A stretch of 58,500 nt of DNA from Demequinaceae bacterium. Its GTDB lineage: Bacteria; Actinomycetota; Actinomycetes; Actinomycetales; JAJYRW01. The stretch lies in NCBI GenBank assembly GCA_027322505.1, contig DAHVRJ010000074.1:1-58500 (forward strand), written 5' to 3'. How positions within the stretch are numbered: position 1 is the stretch's first letter; the number at the start of each line of letters is the position of its first letter. A program made the translations under genes and the position numbers. Shown here one piece after another: positions 46,006 to 56,562 of this stretch. The notes under the pieces are model-generated. The model did no database searches, was not told where the DNA came from, and saw only the letters and a program-made list of their open reading frames with translations.

Positions 46006-49000
46006 ATGGCCTATCCGATGCACCGGTCCCAGGCAGTCCCCGCATCCCCGGATCTGCCCGGAATTGAAAGCGACGTCCTTGCTTACTGGCAAGCCGACGA
46101 TACCTTCCAAGCCTCGATCGATCAGCGCCCCGCGGGCGAAAATGGGAGTAACGAGTTCGTCTTTTATGACGGGCCACCTTTCGCAAACGGGCTGCCGCAC
46201 TATGGGCACCTGCTAACCGGTTACGCCAAAGACGTGGTTCCGCGCTATCAGACCATGCGCGGGCGCAAAGTTGAGCGCCGTTTCGGGTGGGATACGCACG
46301 GCCTGCCGGCTGAACTCTCGGCCGAAGAGGACCTGGGGATTACCGATAAGTCGCAGATCGAAGAAATGGGCATCGCCAAGTTCAATGAGGCCTGCCGCAC
46401 TTCGGTGCTGCGCTACTCCCAAGAGTGGGAGGAATACGTCACGCGCCAGGCGCGCTGGGTCGATTTCGAAAATGACTATAAGACCTTCGACGTCACATTC
46501 ATGGAATCGGTCATCTGGGCCTTTAAGCAGCTCTACGACAAGGGCCTGGCCTATGAGGGCTACCGGGTGCTTCCGTACTGCTGGCGCGATGAAACACCGC
46601 TTTCAAATCACGAACTGCGCATGGATGATGACGTCTATGCTTCGCGCCAAGACCCCTCACTGACCGTTGGTCTGCGGTTGGAAACGGGCGAACTGGTGCT
46701 GGTTTGGACCACCACGCCGTGGACCTTGCCTTCGAACCTGGCACTCGCGGTGGGGCCAGACGTCGACTATGTTGCCGTCACCCCCGAGGCCGGCTCGCCA
46801 TTTGCTGAAACTCACCCCGACGAGCAGGTGATTTTAGCGCGCGCGCTGCTGGGTGCCTACGCCCGCGAACTGGGGGAAGAGCCCCAAATTGTGAAGACGA
46901 TGAAGGGCAGTGACCTGGTGGGCCTGTCATATAGCCCACCATTTGCGTATTTTGCGGGCCACGAAAACGCCCACCGCGTTCTGGCTGGCGACTTTGTCTC
47001 CACGGAGGACGGCACCGGGATTGTGCACCTGGCACCCGCCTTTGGTGAAGAAGACATGGAGGTGTGTGCCGCCGCCGACATCCAGCCCGTCGTGCCGGTC
47101 AACTCCAAGGGGCAATTCACCACCGAGGTGCCTGACTACGCCAGTGTGCAGGTGTTTGAGGCCAATAGGGCCATCATCGCCGACCTAAAAAACGCGACCG
47201 GCCCCATCGCGGAGATCACGTCCGATCAGCGCCCGGTAGTCCTGCGGCATGAAACTTATGAGCACTCCTACCCGCACTGCTGGCGCTGTCGCAATCCGCT
47301 GATCTACAAGGCCGTCTCCAGCTGGTTCGTCCGTGTCACCGAGTTCAAAGACCGCATGGTCGAACTCAACGAGGAAATCTCGTGGACGCCCGAGCACATC
47401 AAACACGGTCAGTTCGGAAAATGGCTCGAAAACGCCCGCGACTGGTCAATTTCACGCAACCGCTACTGGGGCACGCCGATTCCGGTTTGGGTCTCCGATA
47501 ATCCCGAATACCCGCGCATTGACGTCTACGGCTCCCTAGCCGAAATTAAGGCCGATTTTGGGCGGCTGCCACTGAACGGCGCGGGCGACCCCGACCTGCA
47601 CCGGCCCTACATCGACGAACTGACACGGCCCAACCCGGATGACCCCACAGGGCAATCCACGATGCGCCGCATCACAGACGTGCTCGACGTGTGGTTCGAC
47701 TCCGGGGCGATGCCCTTCGCCCAGGTGCACTACCCGTTCGACAACTCTGACTGGTTCGAACACCACTACCCGGGCGACTTCATCGTCGAATACATCGGCC
47801 AAACCCGCGGCTGGTTCTACACCCTGCACATTTTGGCTACCGCACTATTCGACCGGCCGGCATTTCGCACCTGCATCTCCCACGGCATCGTGCTGGGTAA
47901 CGACGGGCGCAAAGCATCGAAGTCGCTGCGCAACTACCCCGACCCGATGGAAATGTTCAACAAGTACGGCTCGGACGCGGTGCGGTGGTCCCTAATGAGT
48001 TCACCGGTGCTGCGCGGGGGAAACCTCGTGGTCGCCGAGGAATCAATTAGGGACGGCGTCCGGCAAGTTTTGCTGCCCCTGTGGTCTACGTATTACTTCT
48101 TTTCGCTCTATGCCGATGCGGCCAACGGCGGTAAGGGCCTGACCACCAAGGGCGTAAACGCTGACACGGAACTGGCTCAAATGGACCGCTATGTCCTGGC
48201 GCGCACGCGCGTGCTGGTGGAGAAAGTCACCGCCGATATGGACGCCTATGACATTACGGGCGCCTCGGCCGCGGTGCGCGAACATCTTGACCTGCTGACG
48301 AACTGGTACGTGCGCACCCAGCGCGACCGCTTCTGGAACGAGGACCAGGCGGCTTTCGACACGCTCTACACCTCTTTGGAGATCCTCACGCGCGTCATGG
48401 CGCCGCTGGCCCCGATGATCACGGAAGAGGTATGGCGCGGGTTGACGGGGGGCCGTTCCATTCACCTGACCGATTGGCCCTCAGTTGCGCCCGGCGGCGC
48501 GGAAGCGGCAGTTTTGGCACCCGACGTTGAACTGGTCACCGCGATGGACACCGTGCGAGAGGTGTGCACCGCGGCACTGGGGCTGCGCAAGGCCCACCAA
48601 ATTCGGGTGCGTCAACCTCTTGGGCGGGTGCGAGTGGCGCTACCAGAACCGGAGCGCGCCGCAGATCTGCGCGATCTTTCGGACCTAATTGCCCACGAGG
48701 TCAACCTGAAGGAAGTTGATGTCCTAGTCCTGGATGAAGAATCCTACGGCGACCTCGGTGTTGAAAAGCGCTTGGCAGTTAACGCCCGCGCTGCCGGGCC
48801 GCGGCTGGGTAAGGATGTCCAAACGGTAATCCGCGCTGCCAAAGCGGGCGATTGGGAGCTGCGACCCGGCGCGGGGGCAGACGGCGCAGACCAGGCAATC
48901 GTGGGGGGAGTGGAACTCCTTTCCAATGAGTTCACCACCACGCTCACCGTCCGGGAGCAAGACAGCGCAGAGCTGGCCGCCACGACGCTGCCCGGGGGCG

Positions 49001-49272
49001 GAATTGTGCTGCTCGACCTGGCGATCAACGATGAACTGCGCGCCGAAGGTTATGCCCGGGACGTAGTTCGAGCGATTCAAGAAGAACGCCGGGCGACCAA
49101 TTTGGACGTGAGCGACCGCATTCGCGCCTGGGTGGAAGTCCCGGGTGATCAAGCAGCCGGCGTCGAGGCCCACCGCAACTTCATTGCGGCCGAAACACTC
49201 GCCTTGGAGCTGACCATCGAGGTCGCACCCACCCAAGACACCCACGTGCGGGTAGAAAAGATCGACTCGTGA
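46006..49272 (+). CDS. ileS: Isoleucine--tRNA ligase (type 2, long actinobacterial form)
   Basis: [17 protein letters not shown] (HIGH-type), [11 protein letters not shown] and KASKS at the KMSKS position. The ATG at 46006, 12 nt after AGGAG, is preferred over the GTG at 45994. Confidence 0.93.
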   Translation: MAYPMHRSQAVPASPDLPGIESDVLAYWQADDTFQASIDQRPAGENGSNEFVFYDGPPFANGLPHYGHLLTGYAKDVVPRYQTMRGRKVERRFGWDTHGLPAELSAEEDLGITDKSQIEEMGIAKFNEACRTSVLRYSQEWEEYVTRQARWVDFENDYKTFDVTFMESVIWAFKQLYDKGLAYEGYRVLPYCWRDETPLSNHELRMDDDVYASRQDPSLTVGLRLETGELVLVWTTTPWTLPSNLALAVGPDVDYVAVTPEAGSPFAETHPDEQVILARALLGAYARELGEEPQIVKTMKGSDLVGLSYSPPFAYFAGHENAHRVLAGDFVSTEDGTGIVHLAPAFGEEDMEVCAAADIQPVVPVNSKGQFTTEVPDYASVQVFEANRAIIADLKNATGPIAEITSDQRPVVLRHETYEHSYPHCWRCRNPLIYKAVSSWFVRVTEFKDRMVELNEEISWTPEHIKHGQFGKWLENARDWSISRNRYWGTPIPVWVSDNPEYPRIDVYGSLAEIKADFGRLPLNGAGDPDLHRPYIDELTRPNPDDPTGQSTMRRITDVLDVWFDSGAMPFAQVHYPFDNSDWFEHHYPGDFIVEYIGQTRGWFYTLHILATALFDRPAFRTCISHGIVLGNDGRKASKSLRNYPDPMEMFNKYGSDAVRWSLMSSPVLRGGNLVVAEESIRDGVRQVLLPLWSTYYFFSLYADAANGGKGLTTKGVNADTELAQMDRYVLARTRVLVEKVTADMDAYDITGASAAVREHLDLLTNWYVRTQRDRFWNEDQAAFDTLYTSLEILTRVMAPLAPMITEEVWRGLTGGRSIHLTDWPSVAPGGAEAAVLAPDVELVTAMDTVREVCTAALGLRKAHQIRVRQPLGRVRVALPEPERAADLRDLSDLIAHEVNLKEVDVLVLDEESYGDLGVEKRLAVNARAAGPRLGKDVQTVIRAAKAGDWELRPGAGADGADQAIVGGVELLSNEFTTTLTVREQDSAELAATTLPGGGIVLLDLAINDELRAEGYARDVVRAIQEERRATNLDVSDRIRAWVEVPGDQAAGVEAHRNFIAAETLALELTIEVAPTQDTHVRVEKIDS

Positions 49273-50687
49273 ATCAAAATGGAGTAGTGCCCAATGAGGG
49301 CGCTGAAGAGCCGAGTGAGCCGGTAGCGCCCGAGGAAACCGCGGCCGAAAAAGAACGTGCCGTCGAGATCTATCGCGCGTTACTCTCCCGCGCGCCGGAA
49401 AACCAGATTGAACCCGATCTGGACCGCATGCGCATGATCAGCGACCTCACGGGGGAGCCGCAGCGCGCCCAACCGATCATCCACTTAACGGGTACGAACG
49501 GGAAAACCTCCACCGCGCGCATGATCGAGGCGCTGCTGCGCGAGTTGAACCTGCGAACGGGGCGCTACACCTCCCCGCATCTATCCGATGTGCGCGAGCG
49601 CATCGCCATCGACGGCGCGGCCATAACCGCGGCCAAATTCGCCGAGGTGTGGGATGACCTCCAGCCCTACCTAGCAATCGTTGATGAGCAATCCGAAGCA
49701 AGCGGGGGCCCGCGCCTGACCTATTTCGAAACACTCACCGCGATGGCTTACGCCGCTTTTTCCGACGCGCCCGTCGACGTCGGAATCGTCGAAGTAGGCA
49801 TGGGCGGAAAGTGGGATGCAACAAACATCGCCGATGCGCAAGTTGCCGTAATCGCCCCGATTGCTCGAGATCACGAAAAATGGTTGGGCCACTCCCTAAC
49901 CGAAATTGCCCACGAGAAAGCCGGCATCATCAAACCCGATTCCACCGTGATCATGGCTCAGCAGCGCGAAGAAGTTGCGGAAATACTGCTCGTCGCGGCG
50001 GCGGAAGCCGGCGCCCGGGTAATCCAAGAGGGCGTTGATATCGCGGTTTTAGACCGCCAGGTAGCCGTTGGTGGCCAATTGCTGACCCTGCAAACGCCCG
50101 CTGGCATCTACGAGGGAATTTTCTTACCACTTTTGGGTGCACATCAAGCCCATAACGCGCTGGTTGCGCTCGCCGCGGTAGAGCAGTTCATTGGCTCGGG
50201 CGGAGCGCTGGCCGGTGATGTGGTGGAGCGGGCCCTGGGGGAGGTTTCGTCCCCCGGCCGGTTTGAACTGCTGCGATCCAGCCCGACCATAATCGTGGAC
50301 GCGGCCCATAACGCAGCCGGTGCCAGCGCGCTGGGTGCGACGCTCGAAGAAGTGTTTAACTTCGAGCGCACCGTCGCCATTGTCGGCATGCTGGACGATA
50401 AGGCGGCGGAAGCGTTTTTATCAGAGCTAGAACCGGTAATTAGTGATGTGGTTATTACTGAACCCGCTTCGCCCCGGGCACTGCCGCTCGAAGAACTGGC
50501 CGAGATTGCCCGCGATGTATTCGATGAAGACCGGGTGCACGTAGCCGCGCGCCTGGATGACGCAGTTGATCAGGCCGCTACCCTGGCTGAGACCCATGAG
50601 GGACCCCTGGGTGGCGGCGTGGTCATCACCGGATCAATCGTCCTGGTGGCCCACGCTCGCATTTTGCTTGGCAGAGAGGAAGCCTAG
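49269..50687 (+). CDS. folC: Bifunctional folylpolyglutamate synthase / dihydrofolate synthase
   Basis: 472 aa. [27 protein letters not shown] and Mur-ligase domains. GTGA overlap with ileS. Confidence 0.88.
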   Translation: MNQNGVVPNEGAEEPSEPVAPEETAAEKERAVEIYRALLSRAPENQIEPDLDRMRMISDLTGEPQRAQPIIHLTGTNGKTSTARMIEALLRELNLRTGRYTSPHLSDVRERIAIDGAAITAAKFAEVWDDLQPYLAIVDEQSEASGGPRLTYFETLTAMAYAAFSDAPVDVGIVEVGMGGKWDATNIADAQVAVIAPIARDHEKWLGHSLTEIAHEKAGIIKPDSTVIMAQQREEVAEILLVAAAEAGARVIQEGVDIAVLDRQVAVGGQLLTLQTPAGIYEGIFLPLLGAHQAHNALVALAAVEQFIGSGGALAGDVVERALGEVSSPGRFELLRSSPTIIVDAAHNAAGASALGATLEEVFNFERTVAIVGMLDDKAAEAFLSELEPVISDVVITEPASPRALPLEELAEIARDVFDEDRVHVAARLDDAVDQAATLAETHEGPLGGGVVITGSIVLVAHARILLGREEA

Positions 50688-51073
50688 TGTCGGCAGACGC
50701 GCCAACTAGCGGCGAACAAGTGACCAAACCCCAGCGCCCCGCCCGCAAAATGTTCGCCACCGCGACGCTGACCCTGGAAGCACTCGTGCTGTTTTTCGCC
50801 ATGCTGGTGGCGCACGGTCTGGCCGACTTACCGCGCGTGGTCGTGTGGCCAGTGGGCTCGATCTTGGCGCTCCTGTGCTTGCTCATTGTTGGAACCCTGC
50901 GGTTCGAATGGGGGTACTGGCTGGGCTGGGGCGTGCAAGTCCCAGTGCTCGTGGCCGCAATCTGGCTACCCGCGATGGCCATAATCGCGGTCGTGTTCAT
51001 AGCTATTTGGTGGTGGGGCGAGCACGCGGGTAAGAAAATCGACCGGGAACGCGCTGAGCGGCAACTAACGTAG
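50687..51073 (+). CDS. Small integral membrane protein (DUF4233-like, Rv2446c position)
   Basis: 128 aa with 3-4 TM helices. It occupies the conserved position between folC and ndk. Confidence 0.6.
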   Translation: MSADAPTSGEQVTKPQRPARKMFATATLTLEALVLFFAMLVAHGLADLPRVVVWPVGSILALLCLLIVGTLRFEWGYWLGWGVQVPVLVAAIWLPAMAIIAVVFIAIWWWGEHAGKKIDRERAERQLT

Positions 51074-51160
51074 CGGAAATCAAATCAAAATCGACAAGCG
51101 CAGTTTTTAACAAGCGTAGGTAAACGAATAAATGAGTAGGAAAAGGTAGGCTCCTCGTCC

Positions 51161-51604
51161 ATGACACAGGTAAATGGCCGGATCGAACGCACTTTGGTTC
51201 TCATCAAGCCCGATGGCGTAAAGCGGGCGCTCATTGGCGAAATTCTGCGGCGTATTGAAGCAAAGGGATACGCAATTTCGGCACTGGAAATGCGCACGGC
51301 AAACGGCCAGACGCTAAAAACGCACTACGAGGAACACGTGGGTAAGCCCTTCTTCGACCCGCTAGTAAATTTCATGTCCTCCGGGCCGCTAGTTGCTGCC
51401 GTGGTGGAGGGCCAGCGCGTTATTTCCTCGTTTCGCACCCTGGCTGGGGCCACAGATCCGGTTGCTGCTGCACCGGGAACCATCCGCGGCGACCTCGCGC
51501 GCGACTGGGGATTAGATGTTGTGCATAACCTCGTACACGGATCAGATTCGGTAGAATCAGCCGAGCGGGAAATCGCATTGTGGTTTCCCCACTTGGCTAA
51601 CTAG
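51161..51604 (+). CDS. ndk: Nucleoside-diphosphate kinase
   Basis: 147 aa. [27 protein letters not shown] and NLVHGSDS (active-site His). Confidence 0.93.
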   Translation: MTQVNGRIERTLVLIKPDGVKRALIGEILRRIEAKGYAISALEMRTANGQTLKTHYEEHVGKPFFDPLVNFMSSGPLVAAVVEGQRVISSFRTLAGATDPVAAAPGTIRGDLARDWGLDVVHNLVHGSDSVESAEREIALWFPHLAN

Positions 51605-51628
51605 TTCATAGGAGAACTGGGCGAAACA

Positions 51629-54600
51629 GTGCATTTAAAGACGCTAACTCTGCGCGGATTTAAGTCGTTTGCCTCGGCGACGACTTTAGATTTCGAGCCG
51701 GGGATCACCTGCGTCGTAGGGCCGAACGGTTCCGGTAAATCCAACGTCGTTGACGCCCTAGCCTGGGTGCTGGGGGAGCAGGGGGCAAAGTCCCTGCGCG
51801 GCGGAAAAATGGAAGACGTAATCTTCGCCGGAACCTCCGGTAGGGCGCCGCTGGGGCGCGCCGAAGTGGCAGTAACCATCGACAACTCCGATGGAAAATT
51901 GCCAATTGACTACCGCGAGGTGACCCTGTCCCGCACCCTGTTTCGCAACGGCGGGTCGGAGTATGCCATCAACGGCTCCCCGGTGCGCCTGCTGGATATT
52001 CAAGAACTTCTGTCCGACTCCGGAATCGGACGCGAAATGCACGTCATCATCGGCCAGGGCCAACTCGACGGCGTCTTGCATGCCACGCCCGAAGAGCGCC
52101 GCGGCTTTATTGAGGAGGCCGCCGGCGTACTCAAACACCGCAAGCGCAAAGAAAAGGCGCTGCGCAAATTGGATGCGATGCAGGGAAACCTCACCCGGCT
52201 GACAGATCTCATCAGCGAAATCCGGCGCCAACTGGGCCCGCTGGGCAAACAAGCCGAGGTCGCCCGCCGGGCCCAAGTAATCCAACACCAATTGCGCGAT
52301 GCCGGCGCCCGGCTGCTGGCAGATGATTACGCGCAATTAAGCGCCAGCTTCGAACAAGACACCGCCGATGAGCGCGCGGCAAAAGAACGGCAAAGCACTG
52401 TTGAAGCAGCCCTAAATCAGCAGCGCGAAGAATTGACGGAAGTCGAAGAGTCCGCGGCCCAGATAGCGCGCCAACACGCCCAAGCCAACGAACTGTACTA
52501 CCGCATCTCGAGCTTGCGCGAACGGATGCGAGCCACGATTTCCCTGGCTACGGAACGCTCCCGCCTATTGGGAACCAGCGAGTTGGAACAGGACGACCAC
52601 CGCGATATTGAACAACTCGAACTTCAATTACAGCGCGTGAACGCGACACTGAAAGAACTCGAAAGTGAAGTTGCCGGGGCGAAAGAAAAACTCACGGCGG
52701 CAGAAGCGGCGCGCAAGAGCGCTGAAGTAGAAGTGGAAGTAGAACAAACCCGCATCGCCGAACTGCATCGCATCGCGGCCGACCGCCGGGAAGGTCTGGC
52801 CCGACTAACGGGCGCCGTGGGGGAGCAGCGATCCCGAGTTGAGGCAACGGAAGCGGAAATTGGGCGCCTCCAAGAGCGACTGAGCGAGGTAGAAAAGCGA
52901 CGCTCCAGCGCGCAACTGGAATTCACGTCCTTAGAAACTACCGTCGCCGGGGTGGAAGAGGGCGAAGAAGACCTCGACGCCGAATACGAACGCGCCGCCG
53001 CTGCCCAGCAGCAAGAAACTGCCGAACTACAAAAACTCGAAGAACAACAAACGGCTGCCAACACTGATCGGGCGCGCTGGCAAGCCCGCAAAGAAGCCCT
53101 GAGCATGTCGCTGCAACGCAAAGACGGCACCGGAGCGCTTTTGGAACTGGCCCACGAGATGCCCGCAATCCAAGGCTCCGTAGCAGCGCTGCTGACGATC
53201 GAACCGGGCTCGGAAAACGCTATCGCCGCCGCGCTGGGCCCACTGGCGGAGGCGGTGGCCGTGCGCGATCTGGGTGGCGCAATAGATGGCATCCGGCGCT
53301 TACGCGACGATGATGCCGGGCGCGCTGAATTCTTAATCGGCACACCGCAGGGCCCAACTCCAGCCGACTGGCAAGCACCCGCTGATTTGCCCACCGGGGT
53401 TTTTCCGGCCCGATCGGTCGTGTCTGCTCCACCCCAACTCCAGCAAGCGATAGCCAAAGCACTTACCGCGGTGGTCATCGTCCCGGATTTGGTGACCGCC
53501 CAGCAGGTCTTATCCGCCCATCCAGATTTGATCGCCGCCACAGTTGACGGAGACTTGCTCTCCGGGGCCCATGCCGCTGGTGGCGCCCACGGTTCCCCGT
53601 CTGTTTTGGAACTGCAAGCCGCATATGACGAAGCCGTTGCGCAGTTTGATGACGCGGTCCAGCGCAGTGACCAGGCAGCCTTCGCGCTGCAAAGCGCGCG
53701 CGAACGCCAGGCCCAAGCTGCGCAGCGGGCCGAAAAACTCCTAGAACAGCTGCACCAATCGGACGCCAAATTCGCTGCCGTTGCTGAACAGTTGGGAACT
53801 TTGGGCTCGCAAGTGCGTGCCGCGCAAGCGGAGTCAGAGCGAATTACCGACCATATTTCAACGGCACGCGAGCGACTTGAAGCGGAACAGCAAGAACTTA
53901 CCGACCGTCTTGGCCGACTGCAGCGCATTGAAAAAGAAGACGAGGACGCACCCACTCAAACGGTGGACGAATCGCATTTAGAAACGCTTAGTGCGCGGGC
54001 GGCAGAAAAACGGGGTGCGGAAATGGATGCGCGACTGGCCCTGCGCACCGCAGAAGAACGCCACCGCGCCCAGCAAGGACGCCAAAAATCACTCAACCGA
54101 ACAATTATTACCGAGCGTGAAGCACGTCAGCGGGCCATTGAGCGCGCCCGTAAACGCCAAAAGCAGGCGGAAACTGCGCAGATGATCTCCGAGGCCGGCA
54201 CCGCAGTTCTGGCTCAAATTGACCGGGCACTCCAGCGGGCGGCAGATGAACGGGAGCAGTTGGCAACCCAGCGCGCCGGAAGCGATGAACGCATCACACA
54301 ACTGCGCAAGCAGATCGACGAATACAGCACCGAACTGACAAAGCTGACTGACGCCGTCCACAGGGATGAAGTTGCTCGCACCCAGCAGCGCCTCCAGATT
54401 GAACAGCTAGAACAGCGGGCGCTGGAGGAATACGGCATGCCACCGGATGACCTGCTTGCCCAGTACGGTCCCGATATTTTGGTTCCGGCAGACCCGGTGC
54501 CGATGTTGGATGCCGATGAACAACCTGAGCCGGCGCCCTATGTGCGCGCCGAACAGGAGAAGCGTTTGCGCAAGGCCAAGCGGGCAATGTCGCTGCTGGG

Positions 54601-55210
54601 GCGAGTGAACCCACTGGCGCTGGAAGAATTTTCCGCCCTGGAAGAGCGCCACAAGTTTTTAAATGAACAGCTCGAAGACCTGAAGAAGTCCCGCGAAGAC
54701 CTTTTGGCGATTGTCTCCGAAATTGATCAGCGCGTGGAAAAAGTCTTTGCCGAAGCCTTTGCCGATACCGCCGACCAGTTCGAGGGCGTCTTCGCCCGCC
54801 TGTTCCCCGGCGGGGAGGGGAAATTGGTGTTGACGGATCCAGACAACCTGCTCACTTCGGGCATTGAGGTGGAGGCGCGGCCGGCGGGTAAAAAGGTCAA
54901 GCGCCTCTCGCTGCTATCGGGTGGGGAGCGCTCGTTGACGGCGGTGGCGATTTTGGTGGCAATTTTTAAAGCCCGCCCCAGCCCCTTCTACGTTTTAGAC
55001 GAAGTTGAGGCCGCCCTGGATGATGTTAACCTGGGGCGCCTGCTGGAACTGTTCCGTGAGCTGCAGGAAAACAGCCAACTAATTGTGATCACGCACCAAA
55101 AACGCACCATGGAGATCGCTGATGCACTCTATGGCGTCACGATGCGTGGCGACGGTGTCACAACCGTCATTTCTCAGCGGTTATCGGAGCAGGCCCCGGC
55201 CCAGACATAG
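51629..55210 (+). CDS. smc: Chromosome segregation protein SMC
   Basis: 1193 aa. N-terminal LKTLTLRGFKSFA...VVGPNGSGKSNVVDA, long coiled coils, a hinge, and C-terminal LSGGERSLTAVA...FYVLDEVEAALD. Confidence 0.95.
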   Translation: MHLKTLTLRGFKSFASATTLDFEPGITCVVGPNGSGKSNVVDALAWVLGEQGAKSLRGGKMEDVIFAGTSGRAPLGRAEVAVTIDNSDGKLPIDYREVTLSRTLFRNGGSEYAINGSPVRLLDIQELLSDSGIGREMHVIIGQGQLDGVLHATPEERRGFIEEAAGVLKHRKRKEKALRKLDAMQGNLTRLTDLISEIRRQLGPLGKQAEVARRAQVIQHQLRDAGARLLADDYAQLSASFEQDTADERAAKERQSTVEAALNQQREELTEVEESAAQIARQHAQANELYYRISSLRERMRATISLATERSRLLGTSELEQDDHRDIEQLELQLQRVNATLKELESEVAGAKEKLTAAEAARKSAEVEVEVEQTRIAELHRIAADRREGLARLTGAVGEQRSRVEATEAEIGRLQERLSEVEKRRSSAQLEFTSLETTVAGVEEGEEDLDAEYERAAAAQQQETAELQKLEEQQTAANTDRARWQARKEALSMSLQRKDGTGALLELAHEMPAIQGSVAALLTIEPGSENAIAAALGPLAEAVAVRDLGGAIDGIRRLRDDDAGRAEFLIGTPQGPTPADWQAPADLPTGVFPARSVVSAPPQLQQAIAKALTAVVIVPDLVTAQQVLSAHPDLIAATVDGDLLSGAHAAGGAHGSPSVLELQAAYDEAVAQFDDAVQRSDQAAFALQSARERQAQAAQRAEKLLEQLHQSDAKFAAVAEQLGTLGSQVRAAQAESERITDHISTARERLEAEQQELTDRLGRLQRIEKEDEDAPTQTVDESHLETLSARAAEKRGAEMDARLALRTAEERHRAQQGRQKSLNRTIITEREARQRAIERARKRQKQAETAQMISEAGTAVLAQIDRALQRAADEREQLATQRAGSDERITQLRKQIDEYSTELTKLTDAVHRDEVARTQQRLQIEQLEQRALEEYGMPPDDLLAQYGPDILVPADPVPMLDADEQPEPAPYVRAEQEKRLRKAKRAMSLLGRVNPLALEEFSALEERHKFLNEQLEDLKKSREDLLAIVSEIDQRVEKVFAEAFADTADQFEGVFARLFPGGEGKLVLTDPDNLLTSGIEVEARPAGKKVKRLSLLSGGERSLTAVAILVAIFKARPSPFYVLDEVEAALDDVNLGRLLELFRELQENSQLIVITHQKRTMEIADALYGVTMRGDGVTTVISQRLSEQAPAQT

Positions 55211-55319
55211 GCGCGTGGCCTAGCCCAGGTGGGAACAAGGCAAGAAGGGCACGCCGCCGCAGCAGTGTTTAAAGTAGATACTAAATTTCTTTTTCGAACT
55301 GAAAGTTGCTAGGGACGCC

Positions 55320-56531
55320 GTGGAAAACTGGTGGATCTTTTTAGTCATTGGGGCGATCATCGTCGTCGCCCTCACGCTTCTGACTTTAAGTGTGCGCGCG
55401 CGTAAAACCCGCGATGAAATACGTGCCCGGACCGCGCCGCAGACCACTACGCATCCACCGCAGCGGCCAAGTGCCCCCACCGCGCCAGCGGCGGAAGGAA
55501 CGATTACCGAACCGGAAGTTTCCCCCGAAGTAAAACCGGCCCGCGAGCCGCAGGTCACCACTGCCCCGGAGCCAGCGGTTGAGACCCCCGCTCCGGCGGC
55601 CGGCCGGCTGGTGCGCCTGCGGGCGCGGCTGGCCCGCTCGGGTTCACCACTGGGTTCGACGCTGCTGCGAATTTTATCCCGTGATCAGCTCAGTGAAGAC
55701 GACTGGGAAGAGATCGAAGAATCCCTTTTAGTTGCCGATGTGGGAACCGCCCCCGCCATGGAACTTGTGGATCGGCTGCGCGACGAAGTGCGCGTACAAG
55801 GTGTCTCCGATCCCGCCGCCGTGCGCCAGCTCCTGCGTGATGAACTGATTCGGCTGGTGGACCCCACCCTGGATCGGTCCCTGGACTTGGAACCGGATGC
55901 GAGCGCCAAGGACGGCGCCCCGGCAACCATCTTGATGGTCGGTGTGAACGGAACGGGCAAAACCACCACGGTGGGGAAACTCGCGCGCGTTTTGGTCGCC
56001 GAGGGCAAGAAACCGCTGCTGGGGGCGGCAGACACGTTCCGCGCTGCTGCGGCGGAGCAGTTAACGACTTGGGGACGGCGGGTGGGAGTTGAGACGGTTC
56101 GCTCCGACCGCGAGGGTGCTGATCCGGCATCGGTGGCATTTGATGCGGTGGATCGCGGCGCTGCGCAGGGCGTCGATGTTGTACTAGTGGACACCGCGGG
56201 CCGGTTGCAAAATAAGGCCGACCTGATGGCGGAACTGAGTAAAATTAAACGGGCCGCATCGCGCAAGGGGCCGGTAAACGAGGTTTTGCTGGTCCTTGAC
56301 GCCACAACGGGACAAAACGGTCTAGTCCAGGCCCGGGTCTTCGCCGAAGCAGTCGACATCACCGGGGTGGTCCTTACCAAACTCGATGGCACTGCCAAGG
56401 GCGGAATCGTCATTGCGGTGCAGCGGGAAATGGGTGTACCGGTCAAATTGGTGGGACTGGGCGAGGGACCCGATGACCTGGCGCCCTTTGAAGTTGAGGC
56501 CTTCGTCGACGGTATTCTGGGCGAGGACTAA
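55320..56531 (+). CDS. ftsY: Signal recognition particle receptor FtsY
   Basis: 403 aa. N-terminal TM helix plus a Pro/Ala-rich linker. NG domain with GVNGTGKTTT, DTAGRL and TKLDGTAKGG. Confidence 0.93.
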   Translation: MENWWIFLVIGAIIVVALTLLTLSVRARKTRDEIRARTAPQTTTHPPQRPSAPTAPAAEGTITEPEVSPEVKPAREPQVTTAPEPAVETPAPAAGRLVRLRARLARSGSPLGSTLLRILSRDQLSEDDWEEIEESLLVADVGTAPAMELVDRLRDEVRVQGVSDPAAVRQLLRDELIRLVDPTLDRSLDLEPDASAKDGAPATILMVGVNGTGKTTTVGKLARVLVAEGKKPLLGAADTFRAAAAEQLTTWGRRVGVETVRSDREGADPASVAFDAVDRGAAQGVDVVLVDTAGRLQNKADLMAELSKIKRAASRKGPVNEVLLVLDATTGQNGLVQARVFAEAVDITGVVLTKLDGTAKGGIVIAVQREMGVPVKLVGLGEGPDDLAPFEVEAFVDGILGED

Positions 56532-56562
56532 ATTATTTTCGACCAAGGGACGTGCAACGTAA

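Noticed and set aside
47890-47930. IleRS carries KASKS instead of the canonical KMSKS
   Set aside because: The second position of the KMSKS loop varies among class I synthetases. Without an alignment this is not evidence of anything unusual.
52624-53955. 443-aa minus-strand ORF inside smc
   Set aside because: It is fully antisense to a confidently identified SMC coiled-coil region. The product is a Ser/Ala/Cys/Arg-rich low-complexity sequence, typical of antisense frames in high-GC DNA, with no recognisable motif.
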